This document shows positions 18,623-26,522 of a stretch of 64,000 nucleotides of DNA, piece after piece; the first letter of the stretch is position 1; each line of letters begins with the position of its first letter. Source of the DNA: a virus (taxonomy: Duplodnaviria; Caudoviricetes); IMG/VR virus record IMGVR_UViG_2772190661_000001, positions 1 to 64,000 of that record. One strand, 5' to 3'. The translations under genes and the position numbers were made by a program. The notes under the pieces are model-generated. The model was not told the DNA's origin. It was given only the letters and a program-made list of their open reading frames with translations, and did not search any database.

Positions 18623-19039
18623 CTATCGGTCCGCGGCCGCTGTCGGCCCGTAGACGATGCCCAGGCCGGGGACCTCCTGGGCGACGCGGGCGACGACTGC
18701 CCGATGCCAGGCCGCGGGCAGGTCTACGCCGGGATGCGCGGCCCGGTAGTCGGCGTCGGTGCGGTAGACGATGACGGCCGGGTCGGGCACGTCGGCCAGC
18801 GCTTTCACGATGCCGTCGACGAATTCGGCGGTGCGCTGTTCCAGGTCTTCAACGGCGAGCCGGACCCCGTCCGGGACCTCGTATTTGCCATGCTCCCAGT
18901 GGCGGACGGTCCGGCCGGACACGCCGAGGTGCGCGGCGAGGGCGTCGCCGGTGAGGCCGAGGTGTTCGCGGACGACGCGGAGTTCGGCGTCGGTCATGCG
19001 TTCGTCGTCGGGCATTCCGGGCGGGTCGGCGTAGTCCAC
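18623..19039 (-). CDS. Aca2/YdiL-like (DUF1870) XRE-HTH protein
   Basis: MTDAELRVVREHLGLT..ALA..LGVS.RTVRHWE.G..EVPDGV plus C-terminal VYRTDADY...WHRAVVARV. Confidence 0.75.
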   Translation of the reverse strand: MDYADPPGMPDDERMTDAELRVVREHLGLTGDALAAHLGVSGRTVRHWEHGKYEVPDGVRLAVEDLEQRTAEFVDGIVKALADVPDPAVIVYRTDADYRAAHPGVDLPAAWHRAVVARVAQEVPGLGIVYGPTAAADR

Positions 19040-19109
19040 GGTGGCTCCTGGATATGGGTCAGCCCCGGCTGGTCGGCCGGGGCTGGACGGGTGGTTCGGG
19101 TGGGGGCGG

Positions 19110-19280
19110 TCAGCCGCGGTAGACGCCGTCGTCGTCGGTGTTGGTGAGCAGGTCGCGGAGGTGGGTCTCGGTGGTGTCGTCGAGCTCGGCGGTCTGCGGG
19201 GTGTCGTTGAGGTCGGCGAGGGCCTGGACCTCGTGGGGCTGCATGTTGTATTCGGCGGCGAGGCTGGCGATGGTGGTCAT
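19110..19280 (-). CDS. small acidic protein, anti-CRISPR/anti-defence candidate
   Basis: 56 aa, 12 D/E versus 2 R; GAAGGA RBS; directly upstream of the Aca2-like gene. Confidence 0.7.
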   Translation of the reverse strand: MTTIASLAAEYNMQPHEVQALADLNDTPQTAELDDTTETHLRDLLTNTDDDGVYRG

Positions 19281-19330
19281 GTCCGGTTCCTTCCGGCGGT
19301 GGCTGGGGCTGTTCCCCTGCCGACACCCCA

Positions 19331-19360
19331 AACGCTAGCTTCCTAAATTAGGAAGCGCAA
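19331..19360 (-). promoter_or_regulatory. housekeeping-type promoter with palindromic operator in the spacer
   Basis: TTGCGC-N17-TAGCGT; GCTTCCTAA-A-TTAGGAAGC perfect 9-bp inverted repeat at 19338-19356. Confidence 0.85.
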
Positions 19361-19446
19361 GCGACATCACTCCGAAGTGGCCAGAACGCGCAGACGCCCG
19401 CGGCCGTCACGGAGACGGCACAGCGGGCATCGGGCGCGAGCAGGAG

Positions 19447-19863
19447 TCAGTACCCGCCGGCGTCAATCAGCCACACCTGCCCACCGTTGGCGTGAACGTT
19501 GCCCGGGTTGAAGTCGGCGGCGCCTTCGAGAATCGGGTACGGGCGGGCCACGGATCCGTCGTCGGGCAGGTACGGCATCGCAACCACGGTGGCCGTCTCC
19601 TCGTCGCCGTAGACGGTCAGCGTCACCTCGAACAGGCTGACCTCGGGCGCGTGTCGGTGACCATCGGCGCGGAGCCGGGTCAGGGTGGCGACCTCGCGCC
19701 GGTTGGCGCCGTCGACGCCGACCTTGTAGACGGTGGTGCCGTCGGCGGACAGGTAGACGGTGCGGTGGGCGCCCTGGCCGATCTGCTCGACGCCGTCCGG
19801 GAGGTCGAGGTCCAGGTAGTGGGCGGAGGCGATCACAGTCGCTTCGGCGCGGGTGCCGGGCAT
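19447..19863 (-). CDS. miniature protein-kinase-fold protein
   Basis: IGQGAHRTVY, VYK, NRRE, DFNPGNV, LIDAG; TAATG-coupled to upstream gene. Confidence 0.8.
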   Translation of the reverse strand: MPGTRAEATVIASAHYLDLDLPDGVEQIGQGAHRTVYLSADGTTVYKVGVDGANRREVATLTRLRADGHRHAPEVSLFEVTLTVYGDEETATVVAMPYLPDDGSVARPYPILEGAADFNPGNVHANGGQVWLIDAGGY

Positions 19864-20111
19864 TAGGCGGCGTCCTTGGGCGACTTGCGGCGGGCTCGGA
19901 CCGCCTCACGCGCTTCGGGTTTGAGTGCCTGGCGGACGGTCTCGCGGCTGTAGCCGGTGACGCGGATGATGTCGACCTGCCGCATGCCCTCGTCGGCGGC
20001 GCGCTGGATCTCGGCGTCGCGGGTGTCGCGGCGCTGCGTTTCGAGTCGCGCGATGTGCTCGCCGGCTTGGTCGTAGGCGGCTACGACGGCGCGGAGTTCG
20101 TCTTCTGTCAC
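19863..20111 (-). CDS. small HTH repressor
   Basis: RDAEIQRAADEGMRQVDIIRVTGYSRETVRQAL; leaderless (TTGCTA-N17-CAAGAT). Confidence 0.8.
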   Translation of the reverse strand: MTEDELRAVVAAYDQAGEHIARLETQRRDTRDAEIQRAADEGMRQVDIIRVTGYSRETVRQALKPEAREAVRARRKSPKDAA

Positions 20112-20135
20112 GTCTCAATCTTGGCACGTCAGGGT

Positions 20136-20195
20136 TGGCCTAGCAAGTCATGGCCTAACGTGGCTTGACATCCAATCCTCGCTTGGCCTAACGTT
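20136..20195 (+). promoter_or_regulatory. strong promoter overlapped by three TGGCCTARC direct repeats
   Basis: TTGACA (20165)-N18-TAACGT (20189); repeats at about 20136, 20151 and 20184. Confidence 0.8.
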
Positions 20196-20210
20196 GGTTG
20201 CAGCAAGGCA

Positions 20211-20299
20211 CCGGGGTTCCCGCCCCGGACAGCAAGAAGCCCCGGCAGGGTTCCCGCCCCGCCGGGGCACGCGAGACAGGGTTCCCGCCCCGCCTCGCG
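20211..20299 (+). ncRNA. triple stem-loop leader with identical GGG-UUCCCG-CCC apices
   Basis: GGGTTCCCGCCCCG at 20214, 20248 and 20279, each closing a different stem. Confidence 0.55.
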
Positions 20300-20333
20300 A
20301 AGACCGACCCTGACGCAACAGGAGCCGATCACC

Positions 20334-20951
20334 ATGCAAGGTACCAACCAGGCCGGCACCGTCATCGCCGAGCGCACCTACGGCACCCTCACGCTCTCCC
20401 TGACCACCGCGATCGACGGATTCACCGTCAACGCCCGGTCCGGGATGAACCGCCACGACGAGCTGACCAAGGGCTTCGGCGCCATCCCGGCCGCCCGCGA
20501 CTACTGGGGCCGGGTCGCCTACCTCGCCCAGGCCCAGATGCCCGCCTCGCAGATCATCGAGAAGCTCGGCCAGGCCGACGGCAGCTACGAGTGGAACGCC
20601 CCCGCCCCCGCGCCGGTCGAGCCGGCCGCCACGCTGGCCGACTTCGCCGTCGACCGCGGCCGCCAGGTCCCCGTCCGCCGGTCCGGCGCCCACACCAAGC
20701 CGCCGACCCCGGCCACGATCCGCGCCCTGCTCGTCGCCCTGGAGCACGGCCGCGTCTGGCGAGCCGGCAGGCACAACAACAAGCACATCACCGCCCGTCG
20801 GGACAGCCTCGACGCCGCCGGGTCGAAGCTGCTGCTCAAGCTCACCCCCGCGCCCGGCACCCGCCGCGGTGACTGGCTGTACGGCGAGCTGACCGACGCC
20901 GGCCGCAAGCTCCTCGCCCAGCTAGGGCACGCCGCGGCGCTCGCCGCCTAG
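20334..20951 (+). CDS. hypothetical protein
   Basis: 205 aa, AGGAG RBS, strong GC3 bias. Confidence 0.8.
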   Translation: MQGTNQAGTVIAERTYGTLTLSLTTAIDGFTVNARSGMNRHDELTKGFGAIPAARDYWGRVAYLAQAQMPASQIIEKLGQADGSYEWNAPAPAPVEPAATLADFAVDRGRQVPVRRSGAHTKPPTPATIRALLVALEHGRVWRAGRHNNKHITARRDSLDAAGSKLLLKLTPAPGTRRGDWLYGELTDAGRKLLAQLGHAAALAA

Positions 20952-21052
20952 TTCTTTCCTCTCCCCCGTAATGGCTGGCCGGGCGTTGTCCCGGCACAGG
21001 ACAGCGTCCGGCCAGCCGCCCCTGATCTCCCCTTCCAGGACTGGAGTCCGCC

Positions 21053-21472
21053 GTGAGCACGCCGACCATCGACACGAACGTCTTCCACATCTCGCACAAC
21101 ACGTTCCGCCCGATCCTCGTCTGCCTCGCCGACGGGACCCGCCGCGCCGGCCTGGCCCTCGGCTTCGACGTCACGTCGACCGGCCAGCGGAAGCTGTACG
21201 TCGGCGACCGTTTCTCCTGCCCCGCCCCGGTCGACCTGGCCGACGTCGTCCACGTCGAGTTCTGCGACTGGACGACCGTCGCCGAGGTCCGTGCCGACGA
21301 GCAGGCCGAGGCCGAGCTGCGCGCCGAGGAGCTGCAGGCGTCCAGGGTTCGGCCGGTCCGGCAGCCGCGCCGCAAGCGCCCGTCCCGGACGGTCCTGCGC
21401 CACGAGGCGATCGACGAGTCCGCGGGCCGCCGCCGGCACCGGACCGCGGGCCGCGCCCGGATCGCCGCCTGA
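21053..21472 (+). CDS. hypothetical protein
   Basis: 139 aa, GGAG RBS. Confidence 0.75.
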   Translation: MSTPTIDTNVFHISHNTFRPILVCLADGTRRAGLALGFDVTSTGQRKLYVGDRFSCPAPVDLADVVHVEFCDWTTVAEVRADEQAEAELRAEELQASRVRPVRQPRRKRPSRTVLRHEAIDESAGRRRHRTAGRARIAA

Positions 21473-21564
21473 TCTTTACTCCCTCCCCGCTGGCCGGGCG
21501 CGTCACAGACCCCCCGCTGGACGCGCCCGGCCAGCCCTCCCGCATCTGAAAGCGAGACCACCGC

Positions 21565-21837
21565 ATGAGCGACATCCGTGCCGCGTTCCGCCGCGACTAC
21601 GCCCTCAAAGCCGCCCGCCGGGACGCGGAGTCCAGCCTGAACGTCACCATCTGGGCCAGGGAGAACGGCGAGCACCCGACGATCGGGTTCACCGCCAGCC
21701 TCCAGGGCGGGGAGAGCATCCTCGGGATCGTCACCGCCATCGACGGCGACCTGGTGACCGTCGTCCAGGACTCCGACCGGGGCACCACCAAGTTCGACAT
21801 CAACGAGATCGTCTCGACGAACACCTACAACCGATGA
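21565..21837 (+). CDS. hypothetical protein
   Basis: 90 aa, beta-rich. Confidence 0.75.
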   Translation: MSDIRAAFRRDYALKAARRDAESSLNVTIWARENGEHPTIGFTASLQGGESILGIVTAIDGDLVTVVQDSDRGTTKFDINEIVSTNTYNR

Positions 21838-22049
21838 GCGGCATCATCGACGAGCTCGCCCCTGACGTCGCCGATGTGTTTGCGCAGGCGGAGCGGGTCG
21901 CCGTCGAGGTCAACGCCTACCTTGCGGTCATGGATCACGGCCCGTTCAGCCTGACGATCGGCCTCGGGGTCTTCGTTCTCGGCATCGACCGCCGGGAGCA
22001 GATCATCGGATACGCGGCCGCGCTCGGCGTCGAGGTCACCTTCCGCTGA
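21834..22049 (+). CDS. hypothetical protein
   Basis: ATGA-coupled. Confidence 0.65.
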   Translation: MSGIIDELAPDVADVFAQAERVAVEVNAYLAVMDHGPFSLTIGLGVFVLGIDRREQIIGYAAALGVEVTFR

Positions 22050-22143
22050 CCGGCCCGCCTCCGTCCAGCCCGAGCGCACGACCGGCCGGGCTGTGGCGGT
22101 GGCAGGCCGGACAGCCCGGACCTCGACCAGCAGGAGCAGCAGC

Positions 22144-22332
22144 ATGCATGCCTACTACGTCACGTACACCTTCACCGGCCCGCGCGGTGGTGGCGGCGGT
22201 GCGGTCGACATCACCCGCCCGCAGCCGATCCGTACTGCGAACGACATCTACGGGGTCGCCGAATTCATCCGTGACCGGAACAACTTCGACACGGTGGTCG
22301 TCCAGAACTGGATCGAGATCGAGCCCGCCTGA
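22144..22332 (+). CDS. hypothetical protein
   Basis: AGGAG RBS, 62 aa. Confidence 0.7.
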   Translation: MHAYYVTYTFTGPRGGGGGAVDITRPQPIRTANDIYGVAEFIRDRNNFDTVVVQNWIEIEPA

Positions 22333-22453
22333 CCGCCGTGCTTCCGGCCCGCCCGATCGCGCCTGCTCGGGCGGGCACTCGGTGGCCGACCGGCCAGCCG
22401 CCGCCGTCCTCTTCCCCGGACGGCGGCGGACCCTCTCCCCGCAAGGAGCCCGC

Positions 22454-22723
22454 ATGACCGCACCCACCCTCGCCGACCTGGACTTCTTCATCACCGAGTC
22501 GGACCCCGGCCACGCCCACTACGAGTTCCCCGGCGGCCGCGGCGCGAACGTCACCGTCGACCCGGACAGCATCTGGCCGTACGAGCTGGAGGTCGACCCA
22601 ACCGACGACGAGCCCGCCACCGACAGCATGCGGGGCGTCATCGTCAGGTCCGGGCTGACCGCGGACGAGGTCATCGGCTGCCTGTCGAGGCTCGCCGCTG
22701 GCCAGCTGCTCGGCGCCGCGTGA
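22454..22723 (+). CDS. hypothetical acidic protein
   Basis: AAGGAG RBS. Confidence 0.7.
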   Translation: MTAPTLADLDFFITESDPGHAHYEFPGGRGANVTVDPDSIWPYELEVDPTDDEPATDSMRGVIVRSGLTADEVIGCLSRLAAGQLLGAA

Positions 22724-22920
22724 CCGCCACCCCGACCGTCCTGGACGCGGCTCAGTTGGCCGGCGCGGCCGAGGACGGCGAGTCCTGCCCTACCTGCGCT
22801 GCCCCGCCGACCACCGGGACGCTCTCGTTCGACGACCGCGGCCCGTACCAGCAGATCAGCGTCCGCACCTACGCGTGCCCCGACGGGCACACGTGGCGGT
22901 CCGAGACCGACGGCGGCTGA
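22720..22920 (+). CDS. small zinc-ribbon protein
   Basis: CPTC...YACPDGHTW. Confidence 0.7.
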   Translation: MTATPTVLDAAQLAGAAEDGESCPTCAAPPTTGTLSFDDRGPYQQISVRTYACPDGHTWRSETDGG

Positions 22921-22931
22921 CCGCGCCCAGC

Positions 22932-22968
22932 AAGAAGCCCCGCCCGGTGATCCGGTGCGGGGCTTCTT
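22932..22968. terminator. bidirectional terminator
   Basis: AAGAAGCCCCGC / GCGGGGCTTCTT between convergent operons. Confidence 0.8.
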
Positions 22969-22979
22969 CGCGCCTGCGG

Positions 22980-23234
22980 TCAGAGGTCCAGGAACTCGAC
23001 CGCCCATGTGACGTGCGGTCTGGTCTCGGCGGACTCCCGCTTGCTGCAGTCCTCGACCGCGCCGGCCTCCGTGTCGTGGCTGGCCACGATCCGCTCAGCC
23101 GGGCTGGTCCGGACCGCAGCCGCGCATTCGAGCAGGCCCGGCTCGTCGTACGAGGCCGTCTCGTATCGGTGCTCGTACCGGCCGGCCAGGTGCTCCCGGT
23201 CGACGTGCTCGACGACCTGCCACGGGCCGGTCAC
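22980..23234 (-). CDS. hypothetical protein
   Basis: Coupled ORF. Confidence 0.65.
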   Translation of the reverse strand: MTGPWQVVEHVDREHLAGRYEHRYETASYDEPGLLECAAAVRTSPAERIVASHDTEAGAVEDCSKRESAETRPHVTWAVEFLDL

Positions 23235-23491
23235 GACACCACCTCGAACCCGGCCCGGAACGCGGCCGGAGCCACGACCTCGACCTCACCGGACGGGCGG
23301 CGGACCGCCCACCAGCCCAAACCCACCGGCACGACACCGTCGCCGAAGACCAGGTCCAGGGTCGGCGACCACCAGCGGCGCTCCCACCGGCCCGTACCCA
23401 GCGCGGCGACCTGGTCGGCGTTCCGACCCGTCCAGCGCACGGCGGTCACCGTCGTGCCCGGGAAGCCACGCCGGACGTAGACGCCGCTCAT
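23231..23491 (-). CDS. hypothetical phage protein
   Basis: V.AVRWTG.N...F...FE pattern. Confidence 0.65.
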   Translation of the reverse strand: MSGVYVRRGFPGTTVTAVRWTGRNADQVAALGTGRWERRWWSPTLDLVFGDGVVPVGLGWWAVRRPSGEVEVVAPAAFRAGFEVVS

Positions 23492-23820
23492 GACGGGCCG
23501 CCTTCCGCAGCCAGCCGTACCGCCTCGGCGTCCATAATCCCGTCGATCAGCCCGGCCCACTCCGGCGTCAGCTCGTCGAACAAGTCGGTGCCCTGCCGGC
23601 GCTCCCCGCCCTCGACCGCGTCGATCCAGCACCAGCCGTCATCGTCCGGCGGCGACACCGACCGGACGGTCAGCCGGTCCGGGCCGCCGTACGAGTCGTC
23701 TCGCCACACGACCATCCCGGGTCGCATGTCCGGCCACACGTGTGTGACCCGGTCCCAGTCCGGAACCCGCTGCGCCAGGTCGCGCCAGTCGGTGCGTTCG
23801 CGCTGCCACGGCCACTTCAC
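23488..23820 (-). CDS. hypothetical protein
   Basis: Coupled ORF. Confidence 0.7.
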   Translation of the reverse strand: MKWPWQRERTDWRDLAQRVPDWDRVTHVWPDMRPGMVVWRDDSYGGPDRLTVRSVSPPDDDGWCWIDAVEGGERRQGTDLFDELTPEWAGLIDGIMDAEAVRLAAEGGPS

Positions 23821-24134
23821 TCGTCGTCCTCCTCGTCCTCGGGCACGCCGTCGAACGCGGCGTGAAAGGCACGGATGGTGGTGGCGTCCGCGACCTGGGC
23901 GGGCTCAACCGTCTCGTCATGCCAGCCGTCGCTCGCCTCAGCCATCTCCGCGGCGAAGAACTGTTGACCGCCGTGGTAGCGGCCGGCGCCGAGCGGTAGG
24001 CCGGACAGGCGGTCCAGGTCGGCGTCACGGGCCTCGACGGTGTCGTACGGGCCGATGATCAGCCGGGCCTCCATCTCCTCCCGGCCGGACATGTAGTTGA
24101 TGAAACGGATCGCGGGACGGTCGTCGCGGGTCAC
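23817..24134 (-). CDS. hypothetical protein
   Basis: Coupled ORF. Confidence 0.7.
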   Translation of the reverse strand: MTRDDRPAIRFINYMSGREEMEARLIIGPYDTVEARDADLDRLSGLPLGAGRYHGGQQFFAAEMAEASDGWHDETVEPAQVADATTIRAFHAAFDGVPEDEEDDE

Positions 24135-24340
24135 GGCGTCCACCTCAGCGGGTAGGCGACCCGGGCGAGCTCGTGCAGGACGTGCGCCTCCGTCGTCGAC
24201 TCCACCGGGCCGACAGCCGGCCGCGGCGAGTCGACGTGCACGCACACCGTGCCGTCGTCCAGCTCGCACGACACGACGATGCCCTCCGCAGCCAGGCTCA
24301 CGCGCACGGCGTCGACCCGGTCCATCACCGGCGCGGTCAC
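24131..24340 (-). CDS. hypothetical protein
   Basis: Coupled ORF. Confidence 0.65.
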   Translation of the reverse strand: MTAPVMDRVDAVRVSLAAEGIVVSCELDDGTVCVHVDSPRPAVGPVESTTEAHVLHELARVAYPLRWTP

Positions 24341-24558
24341 CACGGCACCTCGTCGTACACCGGCACCGCGGTCAGCTCGACCGTCGCCGAGTCCGAGACA
24401 GTCACGATCTTGCCCAGCCGATCCAGGACCAGGCCGGCCGTCTCGTCCCGGGTCTGCGGCTCGTCGACGATCACGACCCCGGAGTGCGTCGACCAGTCGC
24501 CCTCGACCACCCGATACCGGTACTCGCCCGCCTCCAGCACCTCGTCGGGCGCGGTCAC
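24337..24558 (-). CDS. hypothetical protein
   Basis: Coupled ORF. Confidence 0.65.
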   Translation of the reverse strand: MTAPDEVLEAGEYRYRVVEGDWSTHSGVVIVDEPQTRDETAGLVLDRLGKIVTVSDSATVELTAVPVYDEVPW

Positions 24559-24770
24559 GACGCCACCCGCGGGGCGACGTCGGCGGGCCGGACCTGGAAC
24601 TCGTACATCTGCCACTCGGAATACGCCTGCGACCACTCCTGCACGTCGTAGCGGCCGTCCGCGGCCTGGCCGGCGATCCAGTCGTGGGCGGCCTGCTCCG
24701 TGTCGTGCTCTACCGGTCCGGTGTTGCCGGACGTGTCGACGGTCCGCCACATGCTGCCTTTCAAGGTCAT
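24555..24770 (-). CDS. hypothetical protein, paralog of 25005-25199
   Basis: VEHD...WIAGQ...RYDVQE. Confidence 0.75.
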   Translation of the reverse strand: MTLKGSMWRTVDTSGNTGPVEHDTEQAAHDWIAGQAADGRYDVQEWSQAYSEWQMYEFQVRPADVAPRVAS

Positions 24771-24825
24771 GTAGTCCTCCTCGGGACGTGAAGAGGGCCC
24801 GGCACAGATGGCCGGGCCCGAGGGG

Positions 24826-25008
24826 TTAGTGCAGGTAGTCGATGTGGTTGCCCGCGGCCTCGACCACGTCGTTCAGCGAGCGCCGCCCGTCCGTGTCGAG
24901 CAGGCCATGCCGGTCGCAGCGGGCCGCGTAGCCCTCCCCGTCGTCGGACAGGACGATCTCGACCAGCGGCGTCGTGCCGTCGTCGGCGGTCACCCAGGTG
25001 CGGCTCAC
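24826..25008 (-). CDS. hypothetical protein
   Basis: Coupled ORF. Confidence 0.65.
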   Translation of the reverse strand: MSRTWVTADDGTTPLVEIVLSDDGEGYAARCDRHGLLDTDGRRSLNDVVEAAGNHIDYLH

Positions 25009-25199
25009 GCCGCCTCCCCGATGTCCTCGGGCGTGACGCCCTGCTCGTGCAGGTCCCAGCCGATACAGCCCGGCCGGCGCTCCTGGACCTCGAACCGGGA
25101 CCCGGCAGGCTGGCCGGCGATCCACGCATAGCAGGCGTCCTGGCCGTCGTGCTCGACCTCAACACCCAGCTGGTCGATCGTCTTGAACGCGGCGGTCAC
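25005..25199 (-). CDS. hypothetical protein, paralog of 24555-24770
   Basis: VEHD...WIAGQ...RFEVQE. Confidence 0.75.
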   Translation of the reverse strand: MTAAFKTIDQLGVEVEHDGQDACYAWIAGQPAGSRFEVQERRPGCIGWDLHEQGVTPEDIGEAA

Positions 25200-25390
25200 G
25201 GCGCTGGCCTCCACTCGACCAGGCCGTCCGGTGTCGGCTGCGACACGACCCCGCCCGGACCGAGGGTGATGTCCGGCTCGGTAACGATCTCGGTCAAGAG
25301 CCCCTCGTCGACCTCCAACAGCAGGTCACCGCGGCCGTCCGTGCGGATCATCGGCAGGTAGCGGGCCGGCGCCTCACCGGCGGCGGTCAC
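25196..25390 (-). CDS. hypothetical protein
   Basis: Coupled ORF. Confidence 0.65.
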   Translation of the reverse strand: MTAAGEAPARYLPMIRTDGRGDLLLEVDEGLLTEIVTEPDITLGPGGVVSQPTPDGLVEWRPAP

Positions 25391-25560
25391 GACCGGCTCC
25401 GCGGCTGCCGCTGGGTTGCGACCCGGTCCTCGGTCTGCTGCCGGGCAGCGGCAGCCTCAGGCGTTGCGCGCAGCGCTGCCGCGGTCGACGCAACCAGGGT
25501 CTGGTCCCCGGACCGCTGGGCGGCTTGGAAGTCCTGGGCGAGCTGGGAGAAACTAGCCAT
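25387..25560 (-). CDS. hypothetical Ala/Gln-rich protein
   Basis: AAGGAGG RBS. Confidence 0.65.
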   Translation of the reverse strand: MASFSQLAQDFQAAQRSGDQTLVASTAAALRATPEAAAARQQTEDRVATQRQPRSRS

Positions 25561-25640
25561 GCTGATCCCCTCCTTCGTGGGGGTTCGGTAGGTGGGGAGC
25601 GGCGTCGCTTTCCAGGGCTGGAGCCGCTCCCCGCGCATCG

Positions 25641-25886
25641 TCAGTTCGTCTTGCGGTTGACCTGGTACGTCACGTCAGCCCACAACGACCGCCTGCGGGC
25701 CGGACCCTCGCCGTCGTCGAGCCACACCCACGCCATCGGACGACCGTGGTCCTGGTCGCCGGGGCAGTTGAAGTCCCCGACCGGACTGACCTCGACGACG
25801 AACCCGCCGCGGGCCGGCTCGTCACCGGAGTCCAGGAACAGGAAGTCGCCGGGCTGCACGTCGGCGAGACTGACGGTGTCGCTCAC
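25641..25886 (-). CDS. hypothetical protein
   Basis: Coupled ORF. Confidence 0.65.
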   Translation of the reverse strand: MSDTVSLADVQPGDFLFLDSGDEPARGGFVVEVSPVGDFNCPGDQDHGRPMAWVWLDDGEGPARRRSLWADVTYQVNRKTN

Positions 25887-26089
25887 TGCCCCTCCTTCGG
25901 ATAGGCCGCCGCATGCAGCCGGGCGTGCTCCTCGGTCTGCCGGAACGCTTCTGCGCCGCCTGTGTGGTCGCCGCCGTGGTCGAGACGCCACGCGGCGATG
26001 AAACGGTCGTGCGCCTCGGCCCACGCCCACCACTCCGCGCTGACACCGTCCGGCCGCGGCCGGTCGTAAACCTCCAGCGAATCGCTCAC
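25883..26089 (-). CDS. hypothetical protein
   Basis: Coupled ORF. Confidence 0.65.
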   Translation of the reverse strand: MSDSLEVYDRPRPDGVSAEWWAWAEAHDRFIAAWRLDHGGDHTGGAEAFRQTEEHARLHAAAYPKEGQ

Positions 26090-26292
26090 TGCGGGTCCCC
26101 GATCCGCGACCGAATCGCCTCGTCGAGACTGTCGAACCCGGTGCCGTCCGGCTCCTGCCCGTCGTCCCAGGCGACGAACCCGCCCAACTGGCCCGGCCCG
26201 ACGTAGACGACGCCGTTGCCTCCGTCGACCTTGACGCAGCCGTGCCCGCAGACCAGAACGGTCACCCGCGAGTCGTTCGCGTAGGCGCTCAC
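26086..26292 (-). CDS. hypothetical protein
   Basis: Coupled ORF. Confidence 0.7.
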   Translation of the reverse strand: MSAYANDSRVTVLVCGHGCVKVDGGNGVVYVGPGQLGGFVAWDDGQEPDGTGFDSLDEAIRSRIGDPQ

Positions 26293-26522
26293 TGCGGGAT
26301 CTCCGCGAGGAACCGGTCCAGGGCCTCGTCCGGGCTGGCGTGCTGCTGCCGCTCCGGGTCACCCTCCGTCCAGTACGACTCGGCCTCCACGCCGTTCGCG
26401 CCGGCGAACAACTCGACGCGTGCGTGCGTATGGGCGGCGCCGGGCCAGCACAGCACGTCCCAGCCGTTGCCGTTCCAGGCCAGGTTCTCGTGGCCGTCGT
26501 ACTTCGTCTTCGGGGCGGTCAC
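26289..26522 (-). CDS. hypothetical protein
   Basis: Coupled ORF. Confidence 0.7.
   Translation of the reverse strand: MTAPKTKYDGHENLAWNGNGWDVLCWPGAAHTHARVELFAGANGVEAESYWTEGDPERQQHASPDEALDRFLAEIPQ

Noticed and set aside
20211-20299. Mini-CRISPR array (14-bp repeats about 31-34 bp apart)
   Set aside because: Repeats are too short and the intervening sequences pair with each other as stems, unlike spacers. A crRNA-mimic role cannot be supported from sequence alone.
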